From Octopus sinensis (lineage: Eukaryota): a DNA stretch of 64,000 nucleotides. The position numbers and the translations under genes are program-made. This document shows positions 11,067 through 23,128 of this stretch, in pieces; positions within the stretch are counted from its first letter, which is position 1, and each line of letters starts with the position of its first letter. The notes below the pieces were generated by a model. The model did not search any database, had not been told where the DNA came from, and saw only the letters and a program-made list of their open reading frames with translations. The stretch lies in contig NC_043014.1 in the NCBI RefSeq assembly GCF_006345805.1, forward strand, positions 2,976,001 through 3,040,000, given 5' to 3'.

Positions 11067-12011
11067 CTTTGGCATTTTGTTAGGGAAGACGACAACAGAC
11101 AACAAGTTTTAAAGAGTTAAACACAGAGACCCTTTATAACTGAGAGAGCCGTTATAAATGGCACCAAATCCACCTCAAATCATATCCTACTGTGTTAAGA
11201 ACACATTGGATAATGTACTCCTAGATACATTATTTCAATAAAAACAAAACATGTATATACTTTAAGCATCACAGACAGGTTGCTATTTTGAACTAATACT
11301 GCTTCTGTCACTCACAACAGATTTTTATTCAGCCTGCCAGCAAATTGCAACATCAGTGATTTTTTAATCACCACTGTTTTGTCTTAGCATGTGGTTGCTA
11401 TTGATGAAGCCTAACGAGGCAGAAATACACACTCAACAATGCCACCACCACTGCTGTTGGATGAGTTTCTCCTGCTACTGATATATCTCTGCGTTTTTTA
11501 ACCCTGCCGTTTGCCAGCCTCGCCTGGCCCCCGTGCCAGTGGCACGTAAAAAGCACCATTCGATCGTGGCCGCTGCCAGCCTTGTCTGGCACCTGTGTCG
11601 GTGGCACATAAAAAGCACCTACTACACTCACGGAGTGGTTGGCGTTAGGAAGGGCATCCAGCTGTAGAAACACTGCCAGATCAGACTGGGCCTGGCGCAG
11701 CCTTCTGGCTTCCCAGACCCCAGTTGAACCGTCCAACCCATGCTAGCATGGAAAATGGACGTTAAACGATGATGATGATGATGATGACTTCCTTAAGAAA
11801 AGCTTTCTTGAGGTATATACCTCAGTTTATCAGGCATTCAATGATGTATCTGCTATAAGTATGATACGCACGTTCATTCTATGTGTATGTATGCATATGC
11901 ATATTTGTATAGATATAGGCTTGGTGATACGAACTGAATGATGATGATGATAGCGACAACAATCAGTGAAGATGTTTAAATATCACAAGAAGGGGTTCCA
12001 GAAAAGGATAC

Positions 12012-12044
12012 AGGCTTAAGTTCCCTCGGATCTTACTTAGCTTT
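12012..12044 (-). CDS. HAUS5: HAUS5-like coding exon 3 (33 nt)
   Basis: Long T tract, then ttttcag|AAAGCT ... AGCCT|gtatcc. KLSKIRGNLSL matches the conserved HAUS5 motif TVKKIRGNL as recalled. Confidence 0.85.
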
Positions 12045-12089
12045 CTGAAAATAGCAAAAAAAAAAAAAACAATCATGTATTACAATACA

Positions 12090-12565
12090 AGATGGTGATG
12101 ATGGTAGTGGTGGTGGTGGTGGTGGTGACGATGATGACAGCGGTAGTAATGATAGTGAGGAAGATGCAGATGATAATGAAGGTGATAATGACGATGATGA
12201 TGATGATGATGAAAATGACAACAATGATGGTGATGATGATGGTGATGATGATAATGACAATGATGGTGATGATGACAATGATGATGATGATGATGACAAT
12301 GATGATGATGATGATGATGATGGTGATGATGATAATGACAATGATGATGATGATGACGATGATGATGATGATGATGACAATGATGATGATGATGATGATG
12401 ATGATGAAAATGACAGCAATGATGGTGATGATGATGATGGCAATGATGATGATGATGACAATGATGATGACAATGATGATGATGGTGATGACAATGATGA
12501 TGATGATGGTGATGATGATGGTGATGATGATGATGACAATGACGATGGTGATGATGACAGCAACA
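12090..12565. repeat. Long imperfect (ATG/GTG/ACG)n microsatellite
   Basis: About 470 bp of GAT-based triplets in HAUS5 intron 2 (coding numbering). Source of the spurious poly-His, poly-Ser and poly-Met ORFs. Confidence 0.95.
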
Positions 12566-12780
12566 ATGCTGACGCACTGACCCAGTCAGCCAAGTCCCCT
12601 CATCTCAGCTGTTACAGCCACAACATCACCCGATACAAGAGGCACCCAAATAAAGGCGAGAGGGTCCGACAACCAAACCATGGCGACCACATTTGCTGAG
12701 ACGAGGGACCTTAGTGACAACACAAGAAAGACAGAATGAAATCATCAAGAAATTCCGACCCCCACCCCCCCGGGACTTAC

Positions 12781-12846
12781 TTGGTGGAAGCAACATTTTC
12801 AATAACATATTTCCACACCTTTGCGTTATTCCCTCCCATCGTTAAC
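12781..12846 (-). CDS. HAUS5: HAUS5-like coding exon 2
   Basis: tttttctcttccag|GTTAAC ... ACCAA|gtaagt. 66 nt, LTMGGNNAKVWKYVIENVAST, resembling human LCLGQGADIWAYILQHVHS as recalled. Confidence 0.88.
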
Positions 12847-12917
12847 CTGGAAGAGAAAAACAAAAATTAAAAAAAGGTAAGCATTTTAACATCCATCATT
12901 ATTCTACAACAACGGCA

Positions 12918-13325
12918 ACAGTAGTAGTAGTAGTTGTAGTAGCAGAATAGTAGTAGTAGTATTAGCAGTAGTAGTTGTAGTAGCAGAATAGTAGTAGTAG
13001 TATTAGCAGTAGTAGTAGCAGCAGCAGTAGTAGTAGTTGTTGTAGTAGCAGTAGTAGTAGTTGTAGTAGTAGTAGTAGTAGTAATAGTAGTAGTAGTAGT
13101 AGTAGTAGTAGTAGCAGCAGTTGTAGTAGTAGAAGTAGTAGTAGCAGCAGCAGTACTGCAGCAGTAGTATTAGTTGTAGTAGCAGCAGAATAGTAGTAGT
13201 AGTAGTAATAGCAGAAGCAGTAGTAGTAGTAGTAATAGCAGCAGTAGTAGTATTAGTAGTAGTAGTAGCAGCAGCAGCAGCAATAGTAGTTGTAGTAGTG
13301 GCAGCAGTAGTAGTAGTAGTAGTAT
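12918..13325. repeat. Long imperfect (AGT/AGC)n microsatellite
   Basis: About 400 bp of TAG/CAG triplets. Confidence 0.95.
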
Positions 13326-14023
13326 GAGGGCATGCACTGTAATAGGGCGTCGCTGCATCCCCCATTTGTCATTGATTCCTTACCCCTGGCAAATGACGCC
13401 ACTGTACCATTCAGGCGAGAATCCTCCAGCCTAAGGGTCTGTTTGGGTAGGCATTGCTGGTGAGGGTTTTACGGGGTCAGCGTGTAAATCCCGCCTTAAA
13501 CTCTTTTAGTCATCTTTTACGACGTGTGGAGGGAATGCTGGGTCAATTCCTTGGGGTGCCAGTCTCCACATGGCACCGGAGCAAAATAAAACGAAGTGCT
13601 TTGCTCAAGAACACAACATGCCACCCAGCCCAGGAATTGAACCCATGACCAGGCGAATGTGAGTGCAACACCCTAACCACAAGGCTCTGCACCTTCACTC
13701 AAGCTGAAGGAAGATGGTGAACTGGCAGAGTGGTTAGGGCATCCAAGAAAATGCCTCACAAGATTTGTTCTGGCTTTGTGTGCTTTGAGTTCAAATCCCA
13801 CTGAGATCAACTTTGCCTTTCATCCTTCTGGGCCCAGCACAAAAGTACCAACTCTGACAGAACTCTAAGAGCAGTGTTTCTCAATGAGGGAACATCTGCT
13901 TGATGGGTCTTCTTCTCAAGCACAACATAATGCTTAAGGTCTCGGTCATTGCCTCGGTGGGGCCCAACACTCGAAAGGAACTCAGCCACTTTGCCTCAGT
14001 GGGGCCCAACACTCGCATACACA

Positions 14024-14058
14024 CAGTATGAGGGTGCTTTGAAAGCACCCTCATACTG
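14024..14058. repeat. Perfect 35-bp palindrome
   Basis: CAGTATGAGGGTGCTTT-G-AAAGCACCCTCATACTG: 17-bp arms with a 1-nt centre. Confidence 0.95.
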
Positions 14059-14639
14059 CACTTTCCAAGACATATAGAATAAGAAAGCCCTTATTTGAGA
14101 ACGCCACCCCGACTGGTCTCCGTGCGGTGGCAAGTAAAAAGCACTATCCGATTGTGGCCATTGCCAGCCTCGCCTGGCCCCCGTGCCGGTGGCACGTAAA
14201 AAGCACCACCCGATCGTGGCCGTTTTGCCAGCCTCCTCTGGCACCTGTGCAGGTGGCACATAAAAAGCACCCACTACACTCACAGAGTGGTTGGCGTTAG
14301 GAAGGGCATCCAGCTGTAGAAACACTGCCAGATCAGACTGGGCCTGGTGCAGCCTTCTGGCTTCCCAGACCCCAGTTGAACCGTCCAACCCATGCCAGCA
14401 TGGAAAACGGACGTATGATGATGATGATGATAAATAGGAAGAGTATCCCACTGTGAAACAGTGCCTTGAATAGAAAATACAAGGGGGACACACACACACA
14501 ATAGGCTTCCATGCAGTTTCCCCTCTACTAAATTTCACACATAAAGCAATGGTTAGCTGTCAATGAAGGCTTTTCATACAAAGCACAGAATGTTAAATCC
14601 AGACAAACATACATGTGTGTGCATATGTATCATCATCAT

Positions 14640-14875
14640 CTATTTCTTTATTGCCCACAAGGGGCTAAACAGAGAGGGGACAAACAAGGACAGACAAACG
14701 GATTAAGTCGATTAAATCGACCCCAGTGTGCAACTGGTACTTAATTTATCGACCCCGAGAGGATGAAAGGCAAAGTCGACCTCGGCAGAATTTGAACTCA
14801 GAACGTAACAACAGACGAAATACCGCTAAGCATTTCGCCCGGCACGCTAACGTTTCTGCCAGCTCGCCGCCTTAG
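14640..14875 (-). mobile_element. tRNA-derived SINE, family B (CORE-like)
   Basis: Sense strand GGCGGCGAGCTGGCAGAAACGTTAGC...GAGTTCAAATTC..GGTCGACTTTGCCTTTCATCC..GGGGTCGATAAATTAAGTACCAG. Other copies at about 3470-3900(-), 17688-18095(+, tandem), 19360-19580(-), 26550-26785(+), 30785-31020(-), 37318-37545(+), 40545-40775(+), 42262-42670(+, tandem), 44170-44385(-), 49342-49790 (nested), 53700-53930(+), 54185-54415(-), 60965-61130(-). Confidence 0.85.
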
Positions 14876-15426
14876 TAGAAAAGATCGCCCAGCCAGTCCG
14901 GCATCGGTCGCTCGCTCCAGCGCCATCCATTTTCGGGGCCGGTCGATTAGGTAAGTTGTTATACACTCCTGTGTATCATCATCATTTAACATCCGTTTTC
15001 CATGCTGGCATGAGTTGTACGGTCTGACTGGGGACTGGCAGGCCAGGAGGCTGCACCAGGCTCCAATCTTGATTTGGCAAGGTCTCTACAGCTGGATGCC
15101 CTTCCTAACGCTAACCACTCTAATAGTGTAGGGTTTGGGTATATGTATACATAAGCCTGAGCTGAGTGGGGTTTTGCCTTGCTAGTGTCACATCAAAAGC
15201 ATCCTGTTGCACTCTATTAAGTGGTTGGCATTTGGAAGGGCAACAAGTCATAGAAACCATACCAAAACAGACAACAGAAACTGGTGTGGCTCCCAGCCTT
15301 ACCAACCCATGTCTGCATGGAAAACTGACATTAAATAACAATGACACACACACACATGCACATAAAACAGGCTTTATACAGTTTCCGTCAACCAAATTTA
15401 CTGACAAGGTATTCGTGTATCTAGAT

Positions 15427-15646
15427 CAGTGCTTTTCAAACTTTTTGCTGGTGCGGAACCCCAAGGAAACATTCCACTGGCTCGAGGAACCCCTATGCAA
15501 TAATTTAATAGTCTTATGCACACATATCTGCACAGGAGAATTAAAAATTACTGCCGATAATAGCAGTTTTGTAACTTCTTGCGGAACCCCTGGACTGTAC
15601 TGGCGGAACCCTAAGGTTCCGAGGAACCCTGGTTCAAAAACCACTG
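15427..15646. mobile_element. hAT (Charlie-like) MITE with perfect 8-bp TSD
   Basis: CAGTGCTTTTCAAAC...GGTTCAAAAACCACTG flanked by ATCTAGAT at 15419-15426 and 15647-15654. Confidence 0.92.
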
Positions 15647-15720
15647 ATCTAGATAATCAAAGATTAAGTCAACACAATAACACCAACTAGAAAAACTGGA
15701 ATATTATTTGAGGAACTCAC

Positions 15721-15833
15721 GTTCTGAAGTTTTCAATGGTTGGCATGCGTGGGCAAGATGGTGGAGGGCGAAACTGCATTTCTTTCGTTGCCCACTCATA
15801 AAGGCGATAGGGTAGATCTCCAGGTTTAGTCAT
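15721..15833 (-). CDS. HAUS5: HAUS5-like first coding exon (exon spans 15721-15867)
   Basis: ATG at 15833 preceded by AAA; MTKPGDLPYRLYEWATKEMQFRPPPSCPRMPTIENFRT; donor AGAAC|gtgagt; acceptor ttttcag at 15868. The L..WA..EM motif matches the HAUS5 N-terminus as recalled. Confidence 0.88.
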
Positions 15834-16547
15834 TTTTAAAACAATTATTATTATGTGGCAAGAAATTCTGAAAAAAAAAAAAAAAAATACAATTTTACAA
15901 ATCAAAATCAAAAATCAAAATCGATGAACATCAATGGAAATTGTAGCTGTGATACCAGTGCCGGTGGCACATAAGAGAACCATCCGAACGTGGCTGTTGC
16001 CAACGCCGCCCCGACTGGCTTCCGTGCTAGTGGCACGTAAAAAACACCATCCGCTCATGGCCGTTTGCCAGCCTTGTCTGGCACCTGTGCCGGTGGCATG
16101 TAAAAAGCACCTACTACACTCTCAGAGTGGTTGGCGTTAGGAAGGGTATCCAGCCGTAGAAACATTGCCAGATCAGACTGGGCCTGGTGCAGCCTTCTGG
16201 CTTCCCAGACCCCAGTTGAACCGTCCAACCCATGCTAGCATGGAAAGCGGACGCTAAACGATGATGATGATGAATTTGATTTTAAAACTACAAATGCAAG
16301 AGTGACTGTGGTCAACATCGTTTTAATGATTCCCTTCAGGAAATCGTTCATCACTTATTGACTCACTTTATGAAAATTTCTAAAATTAAATTAAAATATA
16401 TAATTGATAAATAAAAAAAAGGTTTCTTGGTTTAAAAACAGTTTTTCTTTTGTGTCATTACTACTTTTTAATAACAGATATTCAAAGAAATTTCATGGAA
16501 ATATTTAACGAAATTGATAAAGGACAATGAAAAATTTCGGTAAGTTC

Positions 16548-16772
16548 GGTACTACTTAAGAGTGCTCCCGGTACGCGCACTCGCGTATCCGCGCTAGCTA
16601 GTCGTGACTAGTCGATCCTACAACGACTACCCAACAAAGTAAATGAAACACAAAATAAATAATTTTTTTACACAAAGTAAATAAAACAAAAACACAAAGG
16701 ATCGACTAGTCACGACTAGCTAGCGCGGATGCGCGAGTGCGCGCACCGAGACCACTGTTCGCTAGTAGTACC
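16548..16772. mobile_element. Mutator-like MITE with long CpG-rich TIRs
   Basis: About 70-bp TIRs GGTACTAC..CCCGGT.CGCGCACTCGCG..TCCGCGCTAGCTAGTCGTGACTAGTCGATCC and an AT-rich spacer. TSD is eroded. Same family as 18654-18903, in opposite orientation. Confidence 0.8.
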
Positions 16773-17070
16773 CACAGTTCTTCTTAAGACAGTTTTCAAA
16801 TGAGAGTATATTAAAATTAATGCTTTCTTTTAAATGTTTTTTTCTAATTAAATATTTATAAGTTGCCTATCTCGGCATTCTATCTCTCTCCTAACATACG
16901 TGCTTTTAAAATAAAACTGTTGTTTTTATTTTTCTCCATATTGTAGACAATGTTTCGTCTTCGATTCGAAACAATATTTAGTAAAAATCACAAATTTTAA
17001 TATGTAACGATATTCAAGAATTAGCAATCCTTTCATTTTAAAAATATGAGTATTATATATATATACATAC

Positions 17071-17109
<39 letters not shown>

Positions 17110-17149
17110 AGCCTGTGTGGATTGTTTTCAAGTATTTTGGTTTCTCTGG

Positions 17150-17262
17150 GAGTCCCTTTTTAAAGTAGAAGAAATAGCTAAGGTTTTTGGCTGCTATTTC
17201 TAAACTTCGGTATGTGGTAAAGTAAATCTTTGCTGAACCCTAATTATTAAGTATATATATAT
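17150..17262. mobile_element. Single-arm copy of the (TA)n-flanked palindrome family seen at 24.8 and 25.6 kb
   Basis: Shares AAGTAGAAGAAATAGCTAAG..TTTTTGGCTGCTATTTCTAAACTTCGGTATGTGGTAAAG..AATCTTTGCTGAACCC; (TA)n on both sides. Confidence 0.75.
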
Positions 17263-18482
17263 ATATATCGTGTATTTACCGTTAATTTCATTCAGGAGCA
17301 ATTGGAACCCCGCGAAGACCTAAATTAATTAAACACTCAGGTGTCAGAACAGCAGAAATATTACGGGAACGTCCAAGCTTTTAATATGGTTAGATATATT
17401 TACAAGAGATCTTAAATGTTACATATTTATGACTGTAGCTTTCAGACGGGAGACGAAGTCGTCAAGTGGTGTTCAATTTTCATCAAACGTTTCGATGTTT
17501 CACTATCACAATACTTTCCAGTTTACGGGTCTGCAGTGATGGCCATTCACTGCCCATCGTTTCTTGGTTTCCAGCTCAATCTTTCCCCATCTTGTTTCGA
17601 GGCCAACAAGATGTTCTTTCTGCTGTTTACCCACCAACCTACGAGCATCTACCTTCCTATTCATTTCTGCTACACCCAGGCGAGCTGGCAGACACGTTAG
17701 CACGCCGGGCGAAATGCTTAGCGGTATTTCGCCTGCCGCTACGTTCTGAGTTCAAATTCCGCCAAGGTCGACTTTGCCTTTCATCCTTTCGGGGTCGATA
17801 AATTAAGTACCAGTTACGCACTGGTGTCGATATAATCGACTTAATCCGTTTGTCTGTCCTTGTGTGCCCTCTCTGTGTTTAGCCCCTTGTGCGTAGTAAA
17901 GAAATAGGTATTTCGGCTGTTGTTACGTTCTGAGTTCAAATTCCGCCGAGGTCGACTTTGCCTTTCATCCTTTCGGGGTCGATAAATAAAGTACCAGTCG
18001 ATGTAAAACTGGGGTCGATGTAATCGACTTGATCCCTTTGTCTGTCCTTGTTTGTTTCCTCTATGTTTAGCCCCTTGTGGGTAGTAAAGAAATACATTTC
18101 TGCCACACCCTCAGAACTCAGAATCTTCCGCGCAAACGGTGCTAGAAACCCGCTGGAGTCAACCTCAACTGCCAAAAAGCCCCCCCCCCAACCTCCCAGC
18201 ATATTTCCCCTAAATCGTTAAACCAGATCCAGCTACTTGGGACCCTTCCTCACATCCATCTGCCACAGAACTCGTCCGTTAAACTTTGGCTGGAATCAAA
18301 TCTGCCAAAAATGCGAACAAATATTTAAGATAAATTATCAAAGATATAAAATAACGGAATGGAAACTGCTCAAAATGCCAGGCATTTTGGGTCTCTATAT
18401 CACTGCCAATGATATAATAATAATTAGATTAATTAAAATATGAATAATAAAGGTTTAATTAATTAAAATATGAGAAACTCAC

Positions 18483-18600
18483 CAAATTTTGAGGCGGAAA
18501 ATAAATTTGAAAATCCCACAATTATGGAGTAAACAAATCTTTAAAGCACAAGAGCTCACCAACACAAGGGAACTAATTAAGATTTCTCGCACTTCTTATA
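18483..18600 (-). other. HAUS5: Candidate non-coding first exon of HAUS5
   Basis: Strong donor AATTTG|gtgagt at 18482 in unique sequence. The next exon (15867) has an acceptor upstream of its ATG, so an upstream exon is required. The 5' end is a guess. Confidence 0.4.
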
Positions 18601-18653
18601 AGGCTGTTGTTATTATATAACCCCAGGTCAGCTTTGTTTGAGTAGGTCTTATG

Positions 18654-18903
18654 GGTACTACTTGAGAACAGTGGTCCCGGTGCGCGCACTCGCGTAGTTG
18701 CGCATCCGCGCTAGCTAGTCATTACTAGTCGATCCTTACTTTCTGTTTTTGTGTGTTATTTACTTTGTGTAAAAAAATTATTTATTTTGTGTTTTATTTA
18801 CTTTGCTAGGGAGTAGTTGTAGGATCGACTAGTTATGACTTGCTAGTGCGGATGCGCCACTACGCGAGTGCGCGCACCGGGACCACCGTTCTCAAGTAGT
18901 ACC
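18654..18903. mobile_element. Mutator-like MITE with perfect 9-bp TSD
   Basis: TIR ends GGTACTACTTGAGAAC / GTTCTCAAGTAGTACC; GGTCTTATG at 18645-18653 and 18904-18912. Confidence 0.9.
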
Positions 18904-19689
18904 GGTCTTATGATCAAAAGCGTTCCTGCCATGATCATCTCGTCCTATTTTTTTCTAAGCACAGCATACCCATGACCATTCATACCCTACGACTTTATTT
19001 CCTCATAGGATTTCTAAAACAATTTTGCAGAAATACGTTTTCGACTGCATGGATCACGTAATGTTGCTGTTTCAAACATCGAAATCTCTTAAAACAAAGG
19101 GAGAAATTCGAAAGTTATGGGAACTAGTCGTTTCGCTGCCAGTCAAGATGAAATAGATTCTTCAGCTGAGACCCACTACCATGATCACATTTATATTCTC
19201 GACAACAACCACTCATAAGAGATTGGGTAAGGGTTTGACCCGAGCAAAAAAAAAAAGAAACATAGTGTAATAGGTGTGAAATAACTTGCTGTAAACGAAT
19301 ATGAAAAAAATGCGCGCTCGCGAACGGGTAGGGAGAGGACTTGGAAAATTCACATCTGTTTCTTTATTACCCACAAGGAGCTAAACACAGAGGGGACAAA
19401 CAAGGACAGACAAACGGATTAAGTCTATTACATCGACCCCAGTGCGTAACTGGTACTTAATTTATCGACCCCGAAAGGATGAAAGGCAAAGTTGACCTCG
19501 GCGGAATCTGAACTCAGTACATAACGGCAGACGAAATACCGATAAGCATTTCACCGGGCATACTAACGGTTCTGCCAGCATCGTCAGACCTTGACCTTTC
19601 AACTCCTTGTTTGACCCGAACAATAAAAAATAGTGTAATATGTGTAAAACAACTTGATGCAAATGAATATGAAAAAAAAAAATAACAAA

Positions 19690-20155
19690 GGAGATGTGTT
19701 GCGAGCAGCTTGCGCAGCTTAATTCAGCATTAGAAGAAAAACAACCACCTTTGGTTTCAAGACGAAAGGTGTTCTTCCATCTGGATAATGCTCGGCCACA
19801 TACAGCAAGGATGATGTTCCAAAGGCTGGAGCAGTTTGAATGGGAAACGATGGCCCACCCACCATATTCGCTGGACATTGCCCCATCTGATAATCATTAT
19901 TTTGCAGTCGCCAAAATCATTTGGACAGAAAAAATATGAATTCTGTAGACAAGGTTAGAACAGCACTGGAGGAGAATTTTTTTGTCACAGATAAGTGAAT
20001 TTTGGAAGAGGGGCCTTGTAAGTCTAGCAAATAAATGGAAGAGCATTGTACAAAATGAAGGAGAGTATATATTTTAGATTAAAAAAAGAACTCTGTCTTA
20101 ATTTTGAAAAATAAAGTAATATATAAAAACCACATTATTTATGGGATGGCCCATA
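19690..20155 (+). mobile_element. mariner transposase C-terminal relic with right TIR
   Basis: CEQL..L...RRKVFFHLDNARPHTA...QFEWETMAHPPYSLDIAPSDNH matches the mariner DNARPH and HPPYSPDLAPSD motifs. Frameshifted downstream; ends CCACATTATTTATGGGATGGCCCATA. Confidence 0.9.
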
Positions 20156-20589
20156 CTTGGTTGGTTTACAATCCTTGAAAACAAAAAAATGTACATCTTT
20201 CATACAATTTGATATTGATAACCGTTATGTTTTGATTTCACCAATTTTGTTATTCTGTTATTCCCTCTATTCTTTCTTTCATTTTATCTTTTTCTTCTTT
20301 TCCTTTCTTTTCTTCACTTTCCCTTTCATGAACTATATATATATATTTACTTATTTATTAATTCCAAGAAAGTTAGAGGTTGTGAATCCAACCAACTAAG
20401 GGATAATATCTCTCCAATATACTGTTGGTAGAATACCCAATTATTAATACACAAGTGTTTTTTATTGCATTGCAATTACATTACCGAGTGTACTAAATGG
20501 GTGAAGGTAAAGAGTTATTTTACCATTAATTTATAGAGCAATAAGAAAATGGATGGGATCAATAGGTGATTGCCTCCATTTTCTTATTG

Positions 20590-20625
<36 letters not shown>

Positions 20626-20938
20626 CATCATCATCATCATCGTCGTTTAACGTCCGTTTTCCATGCTAGCATGGGTTGGACGGTTCAACTGGGGTCTGGG
20701 AAGCCAGGAGGCTGCGCCAGGCCCAGTCTGATCTGGCAGTGTTTCTACAGCTGGATGGCCTTCCTAACGCCAACCACTCCGAGAGTGTTGTGGGTGCTTT
20801 TTACGTGCCACCTGCACAGGTGCCAGATGAGGCTGGCAAACGGCCACGATCGGATGGTGCTTTTTACGTGCCACCGGCACGTATATATATATATATATAT
20901 AATATAATATATATATATATATATTATATATATATACA

Positions 20939-20990
<52 letters not shown>

Positions 20991-20991
20991 C

Positions 20992-21043
<52 letters not shown>

Positions 21044-21048
21044 GTGTA

Positions 21049-21087
<39 letters not shown>

Positions 21088-21235
21088 ATATTCATGAGTG
21101 GATATTTAAACCTGAAAAGGACAACGCCCTTTGTAAAAATTTTTATCAAAATACTACAACCTGCTTGGAAGGCCAGGCCTACAACCCCTTAAAACTTTTC
21201 TGAAACAGCCGCAAGTTTGGACTAATACTTTCAAT

Positions 21236-21287
21236 AGGCTAGGCTAGGCCAGGCCGGGCTAGGCCAGGCCAAGCCAAGCCAGGCTCC
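21236..21287. repeat. (AGGCY)n pentanucleotide microsatellite
   Basis: TAGGCTAGGCTAGGCCAGGCCGGGCTAGGCCAGGCCAAGCCAAGCCAGGC, about 10 units. Confidence 0.9.
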
Positions 21288-21480
21288 ATTCGGTCTCAAT
21301 AAAAGATAAAAAATAGAAAGGAATTTGTGGCTGTGTGGTAAGAAGTTTGCTTCCCAACCACATGGTTCCTGGTTCAGTCCCACTGTATGGAACTTCAAGT
21401 AAGTGTCCCCTCCAGAGTCCCTAAATGGCCAAAGCTTTATGAGTGGGTTCGGTAGATGGAAACTGAAAGAACCATGTCGT

Positions 21481-21935
21481 TTGTATGTATGTATGTATGT
21501 ATGTATGCATGTATGTATGTATGTATGCATGTATGTATGTATGTATGTATGTATTTATGTATGTATGCATGTATGTATGTATGTATGTATGTATGTATGT
21601 ATGTATGTATGTATGTATGCATGTATGTATGTATGTATGTATGTATGTATGCATGTATGTATGCATGCATGTATGTATGTATGTATGTATGTATGTATGT
21701 ATGTATGTATGTATGTATAGTGTTGGTGAGTGTGTGTATGTATGCATGTATGTATGTATGTATGTATGTATGCATGTATGTATGTATGTATGTATGTATA
21801 GTGTTGGTGAGTGTGTGTATGTATGTATGTATGTATGTATGTATGTATGTATGTATGTATGTATGTATGCATGTGTGTATGTGTGTATGTATGTATGTAT
21901 GTATGTATGTATGTATGTATGTATGCATGTATGTA

Positions 21936-21968
<33 letters not shown>

Positions 21969-21975
21969 ATGTATG

Positions 21976-22007
<32 letters not shown>

Positions 22008-22445
22008 CATGTATGTATGCATGCATGTATGTATGTTGTATGTATGTATGTATGTATGTATGTATGTGTATGTATAGTGTTGGTGAGTGTGTGTATGTAT
22101 GTATGTATGTATGTATGTATGTATGTATGTATGTATGTATGTATGTATGCATGCATGCATGCATGTATGTAGTATGTATGTATTATGTATGTATGTATGT
22201 TATGCATGTATGTATGTGTGTGTATGTGTGTAATGTATGTATGTATGTATGTATGTATGTATGTGTATGTAGTTATGTATGTATGTATGTATGTATGTAT
22301 GTATATGCATGTATGTAGTATGTATGTATGTATGTAGTAGTGTATGTATGCATGTATGTTGTATGTATGTATGTATGTATGCATGTATGTATGTATGTAT
22401 GTATGTATGTATGTATGTATGTATGCATGTATGTATGTATGTATG

Positions 22446-22476
<31 letters not shown>

Positions 22477-22590
22477 ATATGCATGTATGTATGTATGTAT
22501 GTATGTATGCATGTGTGTATGTATGTATGTATGTATGTATGTATGTATAGTGTTGGTGAGTGTGTGTATGTATGCATGTGTATGTGTGTT
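21481..22590. repeat. 1.1 kb (ATGT)n array expanded inside a family A SINE (21326-22790)
   Basis: SINE head at 21326-21480, body resumes at about 22590. The marker TATAGTGTTGGTGAGTGTGTG recurs four times. Confidence 0.95.
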
Positions 22591-22887
22591 TATCCACCAA
22601 TACCTATTTTTAATGGTGTTGACTTGTTGCAGCCGTCGTAACTTAGCGGTTTGACAAATAGATACCGATAGAATAAGTGTCAGATTTTAAAATTTATTAG
22701 TACTGCTGCTTATTCGTTCAACTGAAAGCCTTCGCATGCGATGCTCCAGCACGGCCGCAGTCAGATGAATGAAACAGACACAAGAACGATAAAACATAAA
22801 AGGTCATTACAATAAAAAAAAAAATTTTTTAATAATTAAATAATTAATTAAACAAATAATAGGTTTTTTTTCACTTTTTGCCTCCAG

Positions 22888-22906
22888 TGGCCACCAGGTG
22901 GCTGCA
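22888..22906 (+). promoter_or_regulatory. CTCF-like motif in the putative ZNF promoter
   Basis: TGGCCACCAGGTGGCTGCA versus consensus TGGCCACCAGRKGGCRSY. Followed by a (GA)n run and a YY1-like GCCATTTT (22947-22954), 135 bp upstream of the ATG. Confidence 0.55.
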
Positions 22907-23040
22907 ACAAGCTGAGAAAGAGAGAGAGAGTTACGTCCCTTCGTTGGCCATTTTTTCCCCTTTAAATAAATTCTTCATCAAAGTCTTAAAAATATTTCCC
23001 ATTTCCCATTAAAATACAAATCCATTCTTCCATCGAAATA

Positions 23041-23128
23041 ATGCATCTGTCCGTGCCGGATATTCTTGATGTCTGGCCACAGCTTGACTCGCCTCTCGCC
23101 GCAGCCGATCGCTCACAGCAATCCGTAG
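23041..23128 (+). CDS. First coding exon of the C2H2 zinc-finger gene
   Basis: ATG with A at -3; MHLSVPDILDVWPQLDSPLAAADRSQQSV plus 1 nt; donor GTAG|gtaagt. The leftover G plus AC at 33295 makes GAC, in frame with the 994-aa ORF. Confidence 0.7.

Noticed and set aside
12033-12593. Poly-His, poly-Ser and poly-Met ORFs
   Set aside because: They are translations of an (ATG)n microsatellite in a HAUS5 intron.
19230-19690. About 80-bp direct repeat (19233-19310 and 19610-19680) as LTRs
   Set aside because: The copies are diverged, lack TG..CA ends, PBS and TSD, and enclose only a SINE. More likely a local duplication.
21403-22654. Long ORFs of up to 387 aa (HTYI/MYVC repeats), and similar ORFs at 28.6-29.4, 31.5, 46.5 and 63 kb
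   Set aside because: Stop-free frames of (ATGT)n/(TA)n arrays, with no coding signal.
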